A DNA stretch of 57,625 nucleotides from Microgenomates group bacterium RBG_16_45_19 (GTDB lineage: Bacteria; Patescibacteriota; Microgenomatia; UBA1400; RBG-16-45-19), in assembly GCA_001803415.1 (NCBI GenBank), contig MHDC01000038.1, forward strand, positions 1 through 57,625, read 5' to 3'. Below the pieces are notes generated by a model. The model was not told where the DNA came from. It saw only the letters and a program-made list of their open reading frames with translations, and did not search any database. Within the stretch, counting starts at the first letter, position 1. Each line of letters begins with the position of its first letter. Below, in pieces: positions 1 through 12,352 of the stretch. Position numbers and translations under genes: made by a program.

Positions 1-115
1 CCCACGCTGCCGGGATGAAAGTTATCATCTTTGAAACTTTTAATCATTACCCTGGTGCTGATTATTACTTTAACTCGTTTAAACAATTACTAGAAATCAT
101 TCGAGAAATAGATTC

Positions 116-1033
116 TTAAACTCCAACTGCCTTCTCTAAATACTCCTTTACCTGTCCTTCCCATTGTTTGATGCCCGAACCGATAAACACCACCTGTGAT
201 TTATCGGCCTTAAAGTTGGGTAGTGCCTGCCAGGTGATCCGGCCAAAGACGCCATTGACTAACTGCCACCCCTTCCCGGTTTTTAATATCCCTTTTATCC
301 GGTAAAAAGAGTTCGGTCGGCAGGCTTTAACCACCTGATCAATTAGTTCCACCCTGACTATTCCGGTCGTCTCCCACCCAAACGTCTCCACCGTTTCGTG
401 CTCATGGTGTTCGTGGCTGGTCAAAGCGTCTAACGCCGCCCACTTGTCTCGGGCGTTGGGCAGACCAAACAAAACCTGCGGCTTGACCACCCCACCAGCC
501 GTCTCGATTTTAACGGTATCCGGATTCAAATCGTTAATATCCTCTCTAACCTGATAGAGTTTATTTTCATCGACCAAGCCGGTCTTATTAAAAATGATCA
601 AATCGGTGTGTTTGGCTTGATCTCGGGCCACAAAACTTTTATCTTTGACCTTCACAAAATTCAGGCAATCGACCACCACAATCACGCCGTCTACATAGAC
701 TTTGGGATTTTTCTTGAGTTCCAAGATGATCGGGAAGGGTAAGGCGTTGCCCGAAGCTTCGATAATAATCCGTTCCGGCCGCACTTGATCAATCAGTTCG
801 TTAATGCCCGGATTCAGTTCCCCCACCAAGACACAACATAAACAGCCGTTAACCACTTCTTTAACCCGTAAATTGGCGTTGCGGGCTAATTGGGCGTCGA
901 CATTAACATCCCCGTACTCATTTTTAATCATGGCAAACTTAACCGGCTTTCTATATTGCTTCAAGGCGTTCAGGATAATCGTCGTCTTACCGCTGCCCAA
1001 GTACCCGCCAAAGATCGTCACCGGCGTTTGCAT
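116..1033 (-). CDS. COG0523/CobW-family G3E GTPase (putative zinc metallochaperone)
   Basis: Walker A GYLGSGKTT, NEYG, GCLCC (CxCC) metal motif, IEASG, NKT(G), His-rich HEHHEH linker, C-terminal YRIKG. Confidence 0.93.
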   Translation of the reverse strand: MQTPVTIFGGYLGSGKTTIILNALKQYRKPVKFAMIKNEYGDVNVDAQLARNANLRVKEVVNGCLCCVLVGELNPGINELIDQVRPERIIIEASGNALPFPIILELKKNPKVYVDGVIVVVDCLNFVKVKDKSFVARDQAKHTDLIIFNKTGLVDENKLYQVREDINDLNPDTVKIETAGGVVKPQVLFGLPNARDKWAALDALTSHEHHEHETVETFGWETTGIVRVELIDQVVKACRPNSFYRIKGILKTGKGWQLVNGVFGRITWQALPNFKADKSQVVFIGSGIKQWEGQVKEYLEKAVGV

Positions 1034-1072
1034 ACCTTGGTTATAGCATGGGGCTTGGTTATACTGGTAGCA

Positions 1073-1816
1073 ATGCCCGTCCTACTGGCAATTATTCTCG
1101 CCAACGTTCTGATCAGCGCCGGCTCACTCCTGGGGGTGGTCACTTTATCGATTAAGGCCGCCAAGCTCCAACAGGTTCTCTTATTATTAGTGGCCATGTC
1201 GGCCGGAGCCTTGGTGGGGTCGGCCTTTTTACACCTCTTGCCCGAAGCCATCGAGGCTGCTTCGGCTTTGCCGGTCTTGGGTACCGCCTTAATTGCCTTT
1301 ATCTTCTTTTATCTATTTGAAAACTTTTTCTATTGGCGCCACTGTCATCGTGGCCATTGCGATATTCATGCCTTTGGTTATTTGAATTTAGTTGGTGACG
1401 CTATGCATAATTTCTTGGACGGTCTAATTATTGCCGCTGCTTTTTTAACCACTCCGGCCTTGGGGGTGGCTACTACCCTAGCCGTAGCCCTCCACGAAAT
1501 CCCTCAGGAAATTGGTGATTTCAGCGTCCTGCTCTACTCCGGCTTCTCGCGCCAAAAAGCCATTCTGGCCAATGTCTTAGTGGCCATGACTGCCATTCTC
1601 GGCGGAATCATCGGCTACATGCTACATGATTCCGGTTTAAACCTGGAAGCGCTCCTAATTCCCTTAGCTGCCGGCGGTTTCTTGTATATCGCCACTGCTG
1701 ACCTCATGCCCGAAATCCACAAAGAAAAGAACCGGGCTAAGGCGCGCTTGGCCTTTATCATGTTTCTTTTGGGGATTGCCCTCATGGCCGGTCTCAAACT
1801 CATCGGCTGGGAATAA
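1073..1816 (+). CDS. ZIP/ZupT-family divalent metal (zinc) transporter
   Basis: HLLPEA, His-rich loop HCHRGHCDIH, HNFLDG and HEIPQEIGD motifs. Start moved to ATG 1073 because the ORF-track start overlaps the divergent gene. Confidence 0.92.
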   Translation: MPVLLAIILANVLISAGSLLGVVTLSIKAAKLQQVLLLLVAMSAGALVGSAFLHLLPEAIEAASALPVLGTALIAFIFFYLFENFFYWRHCHRGHCDIHAFGYLNLVGDAMHNFLDGLIIAAAFLTTPALGVATTLAVALHEIPQEIGDFSVLLYSGFSRQKAILANVLVAMTAILGGIIGYMLHDSGLNLEALLIPLAAGGFLYIATADLMPEIHKEKNRAKARLAFIMFLLGIALMAGLKLIGWE

Positions 1817-1828
1817 ATATTCTCCCTG

Positions 1829-1857
1829 TTGACAGACCAGGCTTCCCCTGATAAATT
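1829..1857 (+). promoter_or_regulatory. sigma70-type promoter for rpoBC
   Basis: TTGACA (1829-1834), 17-nt spacer, TGn-TAAATT (1852-1857). Confidence 0.65.
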
Positions 1858-2053
1858 ACCGTTATCAAGCCTGATTATTCAAGGCGTGATTGTCCACGTC
1901 TTTTTTAGTAGTTGTATCCAAACTAGACTCAGTCACCAGCACCGGCGGTAATCCTCTTATTTCCCACCGCAAGTTGTCTGAACCCCCAAACCTACCTGCT
2001 CCAGCCAGATTAATGGGTGATGAACTGAGGCATATCGGTCTTCGCTTGTCACT

Positions 2054-5000
2054 ATGGCTAAAACTACCCGAGTATATTTAGGTAAAGCGAACCTGCCTCT
2101 CCCTAAGCTTGATCTGGTCGCAGTGCAGCAGAATTCTTACACTTGGTTCCTCACTCACGGTATTCGTGAAGCTTTTAACGAAATTAACCCGGTCGAAGAT
2201 TTTACCGGCAAGAATTGGTCGCTCGAATTTTTAGATTATGCCTTTGGTAACACCAAACACACTCCTTCCGTCGCTCGCAATAAAGGCGTCACCTACGATG
2301 TTCCCTTAAGAGTCAAAACTCGTTTGACTAATAAACAAACCGGCAAATCGGTCACCCAAGAGGTCTTTTTAGGTGATATTCCCCGAATGACCGAAAACGG
2401 GACCTTTATCATCAACGGCATCGAAAGAGCTGTAGTTAATCAAATCGTCCGTTCCCCGGGCGTTTTTTATTCCGGGGTGATTGATCGTTCTTCCGGTCGT
2501 TTACTCTATCAAGCCGAACTCCGGCCGATTCGGGGTTCTTGGTTGGAGTTCATGATCAGTAAGAACGACGTCATTTCGGTCAAGATAGATCGTCACCGTA
2601 AAATTGCCGCCACCACCCTGCTTCGGGCGGTCGGTTTGGATAGCGACGAAGCCTTAATTAACCAGTTTAAAGCCGCCAACACCGATCCGCAGCATGATTA
2701 TTTGGCGGCCACTTTAAGTAAAGACATCACTAAAACCCGGGCTGAAGCCTTAATGGATATCTATCAAAAGATGCGACCCGGTGAACCGGCGGTTCTAGAC
2801 AACGCCGAGGAATTTTTCCACGAACTGTTCTTTGATCCTCGTCGTTACGATCTCGGCAAAGTTGGCCGCTACAAGCTCAATCGCCGTTTAAGTCTAAACA
2901 TCACCAATGATCAGCCTAATCACGTTTTAACCTCAGAGGATATCATCGGCACTATTGACTATCTCATTAACCTCCAAAATCAACGCGGTCGGGTGGACGA
3001 CATCGATCACTTGTCCAACCGCCGGGTGCGTTCCGTCGGTGAGTTGGTCAACGTTTCCGCCTTCCGCATTGGTTTATTACGCTTAGAACGATCGATTCGG
3101 GAGAAAATGTCCTTAACCAAAACTGACGAAGACATTAAACCCAACCAACTGGTTAATGCCCGGCCGGTCATCGCCACTATTTCCGAATTTTTCCGGCGTA
3201 ACCGTCTTTCCACTATCTTGGACCAAACCAATCCCCTCTCGGAAATTGATAACTTAAGACGCCTGTCGGTCATGGGTTCCGGCGGTGTCACTCGCGAGCG
3301 AGCTTCCTTCTCCATGCGCGACATCAACGCCTCCCAGTATTCCCGGATTTGTCCGGTCCGTTCTCCCGAAGGTCCCAACATTGGCTTGGTCACCTATCTT
3401 TCCCTTTACACTCGGGTCAACGAGTTTGGTTTTTTGGAAGCTCCCTACCGTAAAGTCCAGTCAGTTGTCCGCGGCGGTAAAACCAAAATGCAGGTGACCA
3501 ATGACATTGTCTATTTTGCCGCCGATGAAGAAGCTGAGCATTACATTACCCAAGCCGAAGTCGATATCGATGACCGGGGTTTCATTAAAGAACCGTGGGT
3601 TCCTGTCCGTTACAATGGTGAGTTTATGGAAGCACCGGTGGAGCAGGTGGAATATATCGATATTGCCACCCGCCAAGTGTTTGGTACCGCCGCCTCCCTC
3701 ATCCCCTTCATCAGTCACGACGAGGCTAACCGGGCGCTCATGGGTACGCACATGCAATGTCAGGCCGTCCCCTTAGTTAAACCCGAAAGTCCGATTATTG
3801 GTACCGGGATGGAAGCAGCTATCGTTGCCGCTCTCCATCATGCCGTCCGGGCTCGCCACGCCGGTACCATTGAGTATGTTGACGCTACCAAGATCGTGAT
3901 CAAACTGACCGAGCCGATCAAAGATTTAAGCGTCATCCCCGAAGCTGAATTTATCCAACTCACCGCCGATCGGGAAACCTACCTTTTGAAAAAATTTATG
4001 CGTTCGGCTCAGTCGACGGCTTATTCCCAACGTCCTCTGGTTTCCATCGGCGATCGGGTGACCCAAGATCAAGTCATCATTGACGGACCGGCCTGTGACC
4101 ACGGCGAATTGGCTTTAGGCAGCAATCTGGTGATTGCTTACACCTCCTTTGATGGCTTAGGTTACGAAGACGCTATCATTATTTCCGATCGTCTCGTCAA
4201 AGAAGATACCTTAACCTCCATTCATATTAATGAATACGATGCGGTGGTGATGGACACCAAGTTGGGTCCTGAAGAATTAACCCGGGACATTCCCAACGTC
4301 GGTGAAACCGATCTCCGCAATTTGGGTGACGACGGCATCGTGGTTTTGGGCTCGGTGGTTGGTCCCAACGATATTTTAGTCGGTAAGATTGCTCCTAAAG
4401 GTGAAACCGAGTTAACCGCCGAAGAACGGCTGCTTCGCGCTATTTTTGGCGAAAAAGCCCGCGAAGTTCGGGATACTTCTTTAAGAATGCCCCACGGCGA
4501 ATCGGGCACTATCATCGACGTTAAAGTTTTAGACCGGGAGGAAGGCGACGAGCTGGACCCGGGGGCGATCAAAAAGGTCGTGGTCAGAGTGGCACAAATG
4601 CGCAAAGTGACTGTCGGTGATAAATTGGCCGGTCGTCATGGCAACAAGGGGGTTATCTCCCAAATCATCCCCCAAGCCGACATGCCTCACTTGGAAGACG
4701 GCACGCCGGTGGACATTATCATTTCGCCGCTCTCGGTTTTAGCCCGGATGAATTTAGGCCAACTCTTGGAAGCTCATTTTGGCTGGGCGGCCAAAAAATT
4801 GGGCTATCAGGTCAGCCTACCCGTCTTTGAGGAAATCCCCGAAGCTCACATTCAAGCCGAGCTGGCCAAAGCCGGTTTACCGGTCGACGGCAAAGCTCAA
4901 CTTTATGACGGCCGTAGCGGTGAAGCTTATCAGGAAAAGACGGTGGTCGGTATTGGCTACATGCTCAAACTCATCCACATGGTTGAGGATAAAACCCACG

Positions 5001-5449
5001 CCCGCTCCACCGGACCCTATTCTTTAGTTACCCAACAGCCTCTGGGTGGCAAAGCTCAAATGGGTGGCCAGCGCTTGGGTGAAATGGAAGTTTGGGCTTT
5101 ACAAGCTCATAAAGCGGCTCACACTCTCCAGGAAATGTTAACCATTAAATCTGATGATGTGGTTGGCCGCGCCCGAGCCTTTGAAGCCATTGTCGAGGGT
5201 CAAGACATTCCCGAAGCCACCGTCCCCGAATCGTTTAAGGTTTTAGTCAAAGAATTGAATTCCTTAGCTTTAGATGTGGTGCCTTTGGAACAAACCGAAG
5301 TTGTCGTCGATGAACCGGTGGCCGAGGCCGACGCTGCCGTCGCTGGCACTATCACCGACGACCAAGGTGTGGTCGTGGCTGAAACGGAAGACTCACCGCC
5401 TGATGCCCCCGAACCACCCGCTCCACCCTTAGAAACAGGAGAAGCTTAA
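2054..5449 (+). CDS. rpoB: RNA polymerase beta subunit
   Basis: [48 protein letters not shown] motifs. Confidence 0.99.
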   Translation: MAKTTRVYLGKANLPLPKLDLVAVQQNSYTWFLTHGIREAFNEINPVEDFTGKNWSLEFLDYAFGNTKHTPSVARNKGVTYDVPLRVKTRLTNKQTGKSVTQEVFLGDIPRMTENGTFIINGIERAVVNQIVRSPGVFYSGVIDRSSGRLLYQAELRPIRGSWLEFMISKNDVISVKIDRHRKIAATTLLRAVGLDSDEALINQFKAANTDPQHDYLAATLSKDITKTRAEALMDIYQKMRPGEPAVLDNAEEFFHELFFDPRRYDLGKVGRYKLNRRLSLNITNDQPNHVLTSEDIIGTIDYLINLQNQRGRVDDIDHLSNRRVRSVGELVNVSAFRIGLLRLERSIREKMSLTKTDEDIKPNQLVNARPVIATISEFFRRNRLSTILDQTNPLSEIDNLRRLSVMGSGGVTRERASFSMRDINASQYSRICPVRSPEGPNIGLVTYLSLYTRVNEFGFLEAPYRKVQSVVRGGKTKMQVTNDIVYFAADEEAEHYITQAEVDIDDRGFIKEPWVPVRYNGEFMEAPVEQVEYIDIATRQVFGTAASLIPFISHDEANRALMGTHMQCQAVPLVKPESPIIGTGMEAAIVAALHHAVRARHAGTIEYVDATKIVIKLTEPIKDLSVIPEAEFIQLTADRETYLLKKFMRSAQSTAYSQRPLVSIGDRVTQDQVIIDGPACDHGELALGSNLVIAYTSFDGLGYEDAIIISDRLVKEDTLTSIHINEYDAVVMDTKLGPEELTRDIPNVGETDLRNLGDDGIVVLGSVVGPNDILVGKIAPKGETELTAEERLLRAIFGEKAREVRDTSLRMPHGESGTIIDVKVLDREEGDELDPGAIKKVVVRVAQMRKVTVGDKLAGRHGNKGVISQIIPQADMPHLEDGTPVDIIISPLSVLARMNLGQLLEAHFGWAAKKLGYQVSLPVFEEIPEAHIQAELAKAGLPVDGKAQLYDGRSGEAYQEKTVVGIGYMLKLIHMVEDKTHARSTGPYSLVTQQPLGGKAQMGGQRLGEMEVWALQAHKAAHTLQEMLTIKSDDVVGRARAFEAIVEGQDIPEATVPESFKVLVKELNSLALDVVPLEQTEVVVDEPVAEADAAVAGTITDDQGVVVAETEDSPPDAPEPPAPPLETGEA

Positions 5450-5456
5450 ACCCTAT

Positions 5457-8400
5457 ATGAAAAATATTGTCGACTTTCAAGGTCTCCAAATCCGTCTGGC
5501 TTCGCCTGACACTATCAAAAGTTGGTCTCACGGCGAGGTCATCAAACCGGAAACCATCAATTACCGGACCTTAAAACCCGAAAAAGACGGCCTCTTTTGT
5601 GAGCGTATTTTTGGCCCGACTAAGGACTGGGAATGTTATTGCGGTAAGTACAAACGGATTCGTTATCGGGGCATTATTTGTGATAAATGCGGGGTCGAAG
5701 TCACACTCTCTCGAGTGCGGCGCGAGCGCATGGGTCACATTCAACTGGCTTGTCCGGTAGTCCACGTCTGGTTCTTTAAAGGTGCCCCCTCCAAGCTGTC
5801 CCTCCTCTTAGATATTTCCCCCCGCAATCTCTCCTCGATCATTTATTTTTCTCAGTACGTCGTTCTTAATGTCGATCTGGACCAAAGGCTTAAAGTCATC
5901 GAACAATTAGATCTGGACCTGGAAGCCAAAAAACAAGAACTCACCAAGGAAGCTAAAATCAGTCTGGAAAAAGAAAAAGCTGAGCTTAAAAGTCATCTGG
6001 CCGCCATTAAAACCGAATTGAAAAATAAAGAGCAGCAGGACTTAAAAACTGAAGAAGCCAGAATCAAAAGCAAACAACGGCTCAAGCACCTCAAGGATAA
6101 CCTGGATCATCAAATCCAAAACGCCGAAGACATCTACAAAACCATCAAAGATATGGTCAAGCGGCTGGAAGTCCGTTCGGTCATCAGTGAAGATGAATAT
6201 TTAAAGCTGGTCGATTATCACGCCGCCGATCACATCACCGTTGGCATGGGCGCCGAAGCTTTGGTACAACTGGTCAAACAGATTGACATTGAAAGCCTGG
6301 CTAGCGAACTCCGGGAAGAATCCAAGAAAGGCCAAGGGGCTAAACGGATCAAGGCCAGCAAAAGACTGCGGGTGGTTGAAGGTATGAAAACCGCCCACAT
6401 CGATCCTGCTTGGATGATTTTATCGGTCTTACCGGTCATCCCGCCGGACTTAAGGCCGATGGTCCAATTATCCGGTGGGCGGTTTGCCAGTTCCGACCTG
6501 AACGATTTATACCGCCGGGTTATCAACCGCAACAATCGCTTAAAACACCTCATCGATCTTGGCGCTCCGGAAATTATTTTGCGCAACGAAAAACGGATGC
6601 TTCAGGAAGCCGTCGATGCCTTAATCGATTCCAGCCAACAGAAAGAGACGGCTGCCCGGCGTAACCGCAAACAACTCCGCTCCCTCTCGGAAATGTTAAG
6701 GGGTAAACAAGGCCGCTTTCGTCAGAACCTCCTCGGTAAAAGAGTCGACTACTCCGGTCGATCGGTCATTGTCGTTGGCCCCGAACTCCAACTGACCCAA
6801 TGCGGTTTACCCAAAGATATGGCTTTGGAAATGTTCCGGCCTTATGTCTTGCGCGAATTAATCAAATCGGGTATTGCCCCCAACGTCAAATCGGCCAAGA
6901 ATGCTTTAGTCCGCCGCGTCCCCGAAGTTTACGACATTCTTGAAGAGATCATTGCCCATCATCCGGTACTCCTCAACCGTGCCCCCACCCTGCATAAACT
7001 CGGTATTCAGGCTTTCTATCCGGTTTTAGTCGAAGGTAATGCCATTCGCATTCACCCTTGTGTCTGTGCCGGTTATAACGCTGACTTTGACGGCGACCAA
7101 ATGGCCGTGCATGTCCCTTTGTCCAACGCCGCCCAAAGCGAGGCCGCCTCTTTGATGATGCCCGACTCCAATCTCCTCAAACCGGCCGACGGCTCTCCCA
7201 TCACTGTACCCAACAAAGAAATGGTTATGGGTTGTTATTACCTGACTATGTTCTCGCCCCATCTTGAACCCCACCCCACCATCTTTAGCTCTCCCGAAGA
7301 AGCCGAGTTTGCTTACCAATCTCGTTTAATCGCTTTAACTCAACCCATCTCGGTCCGCTTACTTCTTCCTGGCGGTAAAACTCAGATCCTGGTCACTAGC
7401 GTCGGCCGTATCCGTTTTAATCAGGTTTTACCTGAAGAACTGCGTTACCTCAACGAACCCATTAATGCCGGTTCGGTCAAGCAGTTGATTCGGAAAGCCA
7501 TCAAACTTTATGACCGGGAACGCATTGTTAAATTGATCGATCAGCTCAAAGACTTAGGTTTTCAAGCGGCCACTCAATCCGGTCTGTCCGTTTCGGTCGC
7601 GGATAACGTCATGATTAATACCAAACCGGCTTTGATTGAAGCCGCCAATAAGCGTGCCGAAACTGTCCAAGACAATTTCAAAATGGGCTTAATCACGGCC
7701 GAAGAAAAACGCCGTCTGACCCAAGAAATTTGGATGGAGACCACTGATGAAATTGCCGACCAAACTTGGAATATCTTTACCCCCGACAATGCCGTCAAAA
7801 TTATTATTGATTCCGGCGGTACCCGGGCTTCCAAAGACCAAGTCAAACAATTAGCCGCCATGCGCGGTCTGGTCGTCGATCCTTTAGGCAAAATTGTCGA
7901 ACTGCCAACTAAATCCAACTTTCGTGAAGGCTTGTCCGTATTTGAATATGTCACCTCCAGCCGTGGTTCCCGTAAAGGTTTAACCGATTCTGCTCTTAAA
8001 ACTGCCGACGCCGGTTACCTCACCCGGCGCTTGGTTGATGTCGCTCATGACGCCATTATTCGTGAACTCGATTGTGGCACCAAAGACCACCTGATTATCT
8101 CCGTTCAGGGCAAACGCGGTCCGACCTTTAGTCGTCGTCTCACTGGTCGGCTGGTCGCCCAAAAAGTCATCGACCCCAAAACTAAGAAAGTTCTGGCCGC
8201 CGTCGGTGACCTGCTCGATGAGGAATTGGTCGAAGTCTTAGAAGCCAAAAAAGTCTCTCAGGTGGCCGTCTTTTCCCCTTTAACTTGTCAGGCTCGTTAT
8301 GGTTTATGCGCCAAATGCTACGGTCGCGATTTCTCGACCAAAGAATTAGTCAGTTTAGGCACTCCGGTCGGGGTCATCGCCGCCCAGAGTATCGGTGAAC

Positions 8401-9173
8401 CGGGTACTCAATTGACCATGCGGGTCAAGCATGCCGGTGGCATTGTTGGTTTAGATGTGACTCAGGGGTTGCCCCGGGTAGAAGAATTATTCGAAACCCG
8501 GATTCCCAAAAATGTCGCTCCCCTAAGTGATTTTGCCGGTAAATTGATCGTTAACGAAAAACCGGACGGCTACGTCATTACCTTAAACTCCACCAAGAAA
8601 CCGATTAAAACCAAAACTTATACTATTCCCTTAACCAGTCTCTTAAAAGTGACCGATGGCGACCTGGTCGGTGCCGGCACTCAATTGTCGGCTGGGTCTT
8701 TGGATATCAAAGACATCCTCGAAATTAAGGGTCTCTTAGCCGCCCAAGAATATCTGCTCGCCGAAATTCAAGCGGTTTATGAATCCCAAGGTATTCCGAT
8801 TAATGACCGCCATTTCGAAGTCATTATTCGCCGCATGAGTGATAAAGTGGTGGTCGAGCAGTCGGGTGATACTACCCTTCTACCCGGTGAAATCGTCGAG
8901 CGGGCTTTCTTTAATCAAGCCAATGAACGGGTCATTGCCGAAGGGGGTGAACCGGCCACGGCTCAAGTCATTATTCTAGGTATTTCCACCGCCAGTCTGC
9001 ACACTCATTCTTGGCTCTCGGCCTCCTCTTTCCAGGAAACTACCAATGTTTTAACCGACGCTTCCATCCAAGGCAAAGAGGATTATTTATTGGGCCTAAA
9101 GGAAAATGTCATTATCGGGCGCTTGATTCCCACTTCTTCTGAGCGCGCCGTCATTAGTCATCTTTACTCTTGA
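5457..9173 (+). CDS. rpoC: RNA polymerase beta' subunit
   Basis: [11 protein letters not shown] catalytic motif, N-terminal Zn finger CYCGKYK...[14 protein letters not shown]. Confidence 0.99.
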   Translation: MKNIVDFQGLQIRLASPDTIKSWSHGEVIKPETINYRTLKPEKDGLFCERIFGPTKDWECYCGKYKRIRYRGIICDKCGVEVTLSRVRRERMGHIQLACPVVHVWFFKGAPSKLSLLLDISPRNLSSIIYFSQYVVLNVDLDQRLKVIEQLDLDLEAKKQELTKEAKISLEKEKAELKSHLAAIKTELKNKEQQDLKTEEARIKSKQRLKHLKDNLDHQIQNAEDIYKTIKDMVKRLEVRSVISEDEYLKLVDYHAADHITVGMGAEALVQLVKQIDIESLASELREESKKGQGAKRIKASKRLRVVEGMKTAHIDPAWMILSVLPVIPPDLRPMVQLSGGRFASSDLNDLYRRVINRNNRLKHLIDLGAPEIILRNEKRMLQEAVDALIDSSQQKETAARRNRKQLRSLSEMLRGKQGRFRQNLLGKRVDYSGRSVIVVGPELQLTQCGLPKDMALEMFRPYVLRELIKSGIAPNVKSAKNALVRRVPEVYDILEEIIAHHPVLLNRAPTLHKLGIQAFYPVLVEGNAIRIHPCVCAGYNADFDGDQMAVHVPLSNAAQSEAASLMMPDSNLLKPADGSPITVPNKEMVMGCYYLTMFSPHLEPHPTIFSSPEEAEFAYQSRLIALTQPISVRLLLPGGKTQILVTSVGRIRFNQVLPEELRYLNEPINAGSVKQLIRKAIKLYDRERIVKLIDQLKDLGFQAATQSGLSVSVADNVMINTKPALIEAANKRAETVQDNFKMGLITAEEKRRLTQEIWMETTDEIADQTWNIFTPDNAVKIIIDSGGTRASKDQVKQLAAMRGLVVDPLGKIVELPTKSNFREGLSVFEYVTSSRGSRKGLTDSALKTADAGYLTRRLVDVAHDAIIRELDCGTKDHLIISVQGKRGPTFSRRLTGRLVAQKVIDPKTKKVLAAVGDLLDEELVEVLEAKKVSQVAVFSPLTCQARYGLCAKCYGRDFSTKELVSLGTPVGVIAAQSIGEPGTQLTMRVKHAGGIVGLDVTQGLPRVEELFETRIPKNVAPLSDFAGKLIVNEKPDGYVITLNSTKKPIKTKTYTIPLTSLLKVTDGDLVGAGTQLSAGSLDIKDILEIKGLLAAQEYLLAEIQAVYESQGIPINDRHFEVIIRRMSDKVVVEQSGDTTLLPGEIVERAFFNQANERVIAEGGEPATAQVIILGISTASLHTHSWLSASSFQETTNVLTDASIQGKEDYLLGLKENVIIGRLIPTSSERAVISHLYS

Positions 9174-9197
9174 CATCAAGACCGGGCCGATTAAGAT
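9170..9197 (+). promoter_or_regulatory. sigma70-type promoter for str operon, overlapping the rpoC stop
   Basis: TTGACA (9170-9175), 16-nt spacer, TAAGAT (9192-9197). Confidence 0.55.
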
Positions 9198-9222
9198 AAG
9201 GAAGTTAGAAAAGGTAAATATT

Positions 9223-9663
9223 ATGCCTACCATTAATCAGTTGATTCGTAAAGGCCGTCGCCATAAGCTTAAACCTCTTAAAGCCGCTGCTTTGCGCAAA
9301 AGCTACAGTGCCAAAGATCAACGGGTCACCACCCTTTTCAACCCGCAGAAACGCGGTGTCTGTACTATTGTCAAAACCATGGCTCCCAAAAAGCCCAATT
9401 CGGCGCTGCGTAAAGTCGCCCGGGTTCGGCTGTCCAACCGCCAAGAAATTACCGCCTATATTCAGGGTGAAGGTCATAATTTAGCCGAACACTCCATTGT
9501 TTTGGTCCGCGGTGGCCGGGTTAAAGATTTACCCGGTGTAAAATATCATATTATCCGCGGCAAATATGATTGTGCCGGGGTGGCTGACCGCCGCTCCAGC
9601 CGGAGTAAATATGGCGTTCGTCGGGTCCCGGCTCTAGCTGCTGCTGCTCCCACCACCACCTAA
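9223..9663 (+). CDS. rpsL: 30S ribosomal protein S12
   Basis: [29 protein letters not shown]. Confidence 0.99.
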   Translation: MPTINQLIRKGRRHKLKPLKAAALRKSYSAKDQRVTTLFNPQKRGVCTIVKTMAPKKPNSALRKVARVRLSNRQEITAYIQGEGHNLAEHSIVLVRGGRVKDLPGVKYHIIRGKYDCAGVADRRSSRSKYGVRRVPALAAAAPTTT

Positions 9664-9686
9664 AATAATTTAAAATTTATTTGTAT

Positions 9687-10163
9687 ATGCGTGCCAAAAC
9701 CGCCAAAATCCGTCCCGCCCGTGCTGATCCCCTCTACCAATCGGTCGAATTAAACCAATTGGTTAATCGGGTCATGTTTGACGGCAAGAAATCGGTCGCT
9801 TTAAAACAAGTCTACCAGGCGTTAACTATCATTAAAGAGTCTGGCCAAACTGACCCCTTAGCCGTTTTTAATCAAGCCATCGCCAATATCATCCCCAAAA
9901 TGGAAGTTCGGTCCCGTCGGGTCGGCGGCGCTGCCTACCAAGTCCCCATGCCCGTTCGGCCTCGCCGAGCTTTTGCGTTAGCGGTTCGGTGGTTGGTCAT
10001 CGAAGCCCGCAAACGCTCTAGTGCCGAATACCACACTTTTGCCGCTAAACTAGCTGCCGAACTACTCGACGCTGTTAAAAACGAGGGTGGCTCCGTCCAG
10101 AAAAAACTGACCACTCATAAAATGGCTGAAGCCAACAAAGCTTTTGCTCACTTTCGCTGGTAA
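9687..10163 (+). CDS. rpsG: 30S ribosomal protein S7
   Basis: [26 protein letters not shown]; ATG at 9687. Confidence 0.98.
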   Translation: MRAKTAKIRPARADPLYQSVELNQLVNRVMFDGKKSVALKQVYQALTIIKESGQTDPLAVFNQAIANIIPKMEVRSRRVGGAAYQVPMPVRPRRAFALAVRWLVIEARKRSSAEYHTFAAKLAAELLDAVKNEGGSVQKKLTTHKMAEANKAFAHFRW

Positions 10164-10183
10164 TTTCCCCAATCATAACCTCT

Positions 10184-12352
10184 ATGGCTCAGCCTCACGC
10201 TCAACCCCAAACCGTGCCCTTGGACCGGATTCGCAATATCGGGATTATCGCTCATATTGATGCCGGTAAAACCACCACCACCGAACGTATTCTTTATTAC
10301 ACCGGCAAGACTTACAAGATCGGTGACATTGATGAGGGCAGCACCCAAATGGACTGGATGGATCAGGAGCGGGAACGGGGGATTACTATCGTCTCGGCCG
10401 CCACTACCACTTTTTGGATCCCGGTCTTTGACACCGCTGTTGCCAAAGCTCCCTACCGCCTGAATATCATTGACACTCCCGGTCACGTCGATTTTACCGC
10501 CGAAGTGGAACGCTCCCTCAGAGTCCTTGACGGCGGCATCACCGTCCTCGACGCTAACGAAGGGGTGCAATCGCAATCGGAAACGGTTTGGCGCCAAGCT
10601 GACAAATACCACATCCCGCGTCTCTGCTTTGTCAATAAAATGGATAAAATCGGGGCCGACTTTCTCATGGTCGTCAATGATATTAAGACCAAACTAGCCG
10701 TCAAACCGGCCATTATGACTTTGCCTATCGGCAAGGAAGCCACCTTTACCGGTGTGGTTCAGCTCTTGGAACGCCAGGCGGTGGTTTGGACCGGTGACGC
10801 CACTGGCGCCAAATACCAAATTGAGGCCATCCCGGCCGACATGACCGAAGCCGTCGACCACTATCGGCATCAGCTGGTCGAACAAATTGCCGAAACCGAC
10901 GAAGCCCTGTTAGAAAAATACGTCAATAACCAAGAAATTAGCCTACATGAGTTAAAAGCAGCTTTGAGGCGAGCGGTCATTGCCTATCAATTGGTGCCCA
11001 TCTTTTGTGGTTCCTCTTTACGCAATAAAGGTGTCCAACTCCTCTTGGATGCCGTAGTCGAATATTTACCCAGCCCCATGGACATTAAGTCGATCAAAGG
11101 CCTCAATCCCAAAACCAACCAAGAGGAAACCCGGGACTTGGTGCCTGAAGCTCCTTTTGCCGCGCTGGCTTTTAAGATTCAAACCGATTCTCATGTTGGT
11201 CGTTTGACCTATGCCCGCATTTACTCGGGTACGGTTAGATCCGGTAGTTACGTGGTTAACGCTAATACCGGCACCAAAGAGCGACTCGGTCGGCTGCTCT
11301 TAATGCACGCCAATCAGCGGGAAGAAATTAATCTCGCCCAAGCCGGTGAAATTGTGGCCATTGTTGGCCTCAAAGACACCCGCACCGGTCATACCTTAAC
11401 CGACGAAACTCACCCGATTACTTTTGAAGGTATCGTTTTTACCGAACCGGTGATTTCTTTAGCCATCGAACCGAAAACTAAAGCCGACCAAGAAAAAATG
11501 GGTATGGCTTTAAACAAACTGGCTGAGGAGGATCCCACCTTTAAAGTTCGGGTTGACCATGAAACCGGCCAAACCATCATTGCCGGCATGGGTGAACTCC
11601 ACCTGGAGATCATTACCGATCGGATGAAGCGCGAGTTTAGCGTCGCCGCCAACGTCGGTTCACCTCAGGTAGCTTATAAAGAAACCATCACCAAAACCGC
11701 CCAAGCAGAAGGCAAGTTTATTCGTCAATCCGGTGGTCGGGGACAATATGGTCATTGTTTCCTGCGCCTTGAACCTAAAAATCGCGGTGAAGGTTTCGAA
11801 TTTAAAAACGAAATCACCGGCGGGGCTATCCCCCGTGAGTTTATTCCGGCTATCGAAAAAGGGGTTAAGGAAGCCATGGAAAACGGGGTTTTGGCTGGCT
11901 ATCCTCTGGTGGATATGACTGTCGCCGTCTACGATGGCACTTTCCATGAAGTCGATTCTTCCGAAAATGCTTTTAAAATTGCCGGTTCGATCGCCCTTCA
12001 GTCCGGCGTTAAACAAGCTGGCTTGATCCTCCTCGAACCTATCATGAAAGTGGAAGTCACCACCCCCGAAGATTTTATGGGTGAGGTCATTGGTGATCTA
12101 TCCAGTCGCCGGGCTCAAATTTTAGGCACTGACAATCGCGGTAATACCCGAATAATTACTGCCTTGGTCCCCTTGGCAGAGATTTCCAGGTATGCTACAA
12201 TACTCCGCAGTATTACCCAGGGTAGGGCAGGGTATTACATGGAACCAAGTCATTATGACCAAGTCCCTACTCAAATAGCCCAAGATATTATTATCAAATC
12301 CGGAAAGGAGCCGCATGGCAGCCACTTACCAACGCACCAAACCACACATTAA
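10184..12352 (+). CDS. fusA: Elongation factor G
   Basis: [30 protein letters not shown]; overlaps tuf by 38 nt. Confidence 0.99.
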   Translation: MAQPHAQPQTVPLDRIRNIGIIAHIDAGKTTTTERILYYTGKTYKIGDIDEGSTQMDWMDQERERGITIVSAATTTFWIPVFDTAVAKAPYRLNIIDTPGHVDFTAEVERSLRVLDGGITVLDANEGVQSQSETVWRQADKYHIPRLCFVNKMDKIGADFLMVVNDIKTKLAVKPAIMTLPIGKEATFTGVVQLLERQAVVWTGDATGAKYQIEAIPADMTEAVDHYRHQLVEQIAETDEALLEKYVNNQEISLHELKAALRRAVIAYQLVPIFCGSSLRNKGVQLLLDAVVEYLPSPMDIKSIKGLNPKTNQEETRDLVPEAPFAALAFKIQTDSHVGRLTYARIYSGTVRSGSYVVNANTGTKERLGRLLLMHANQREEINLAQAGEIVAIVGLKDTRTGHTLTDETHPITFEGIVFTEPVISLAIEPKTKADQEKMGMALNKLAEEDPTFKVRVDHETGQTIIAGMGELHLEIITDRMKREFSVAANVGSPQVAYKETITKTAQAEGKFIRQSGGRGQYGHCFLRLEPKNRGEGFEFKNEITGGAIPREFIPAIEKGVKEAMENGVLAGYPLVDMTVAVYDGTFHEVDSSENAFKIAGSIALQSGVKQAGLILLEPIMKVEVTTPEDFMGEVIGDLSSRRAQILGTDNRGNTRIITALVPLAEISRYATILRSITQGRAGYYMEPSHYDQVPTQIAQDIIIKSGKEPHGSHLPTHQTTH
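12173..12201 (+). promoter_or_regulatory. Internal promoter for tuf within the fusA 3' end
   Basis: TTGGCA (12173-12178), 17-nt spacer, TGc-TACAAT (12196-12201); AAGGAG SD before the tuf ATG. Confidence 0.6.

Noticed and set aside
890-1072. ORF-track N-terminal extension of the ZIP gene
   Set aside because: Overlaps the divergent COG0523 gene; ATG 1073 has a well-placed -10 box and gives a normal ZIP length
1890-2081. 63-aa ORF upstream of rpoB as a leader peptide
   Set aside because: TTG start without SD, overlaps rpoB out of frame, no informative composition
9223-9663. Streptomycin-resistance changes in S12
   Set aside because: The K42 (PKKPNS) and K87 (RVKDLP) equivalents are wild type
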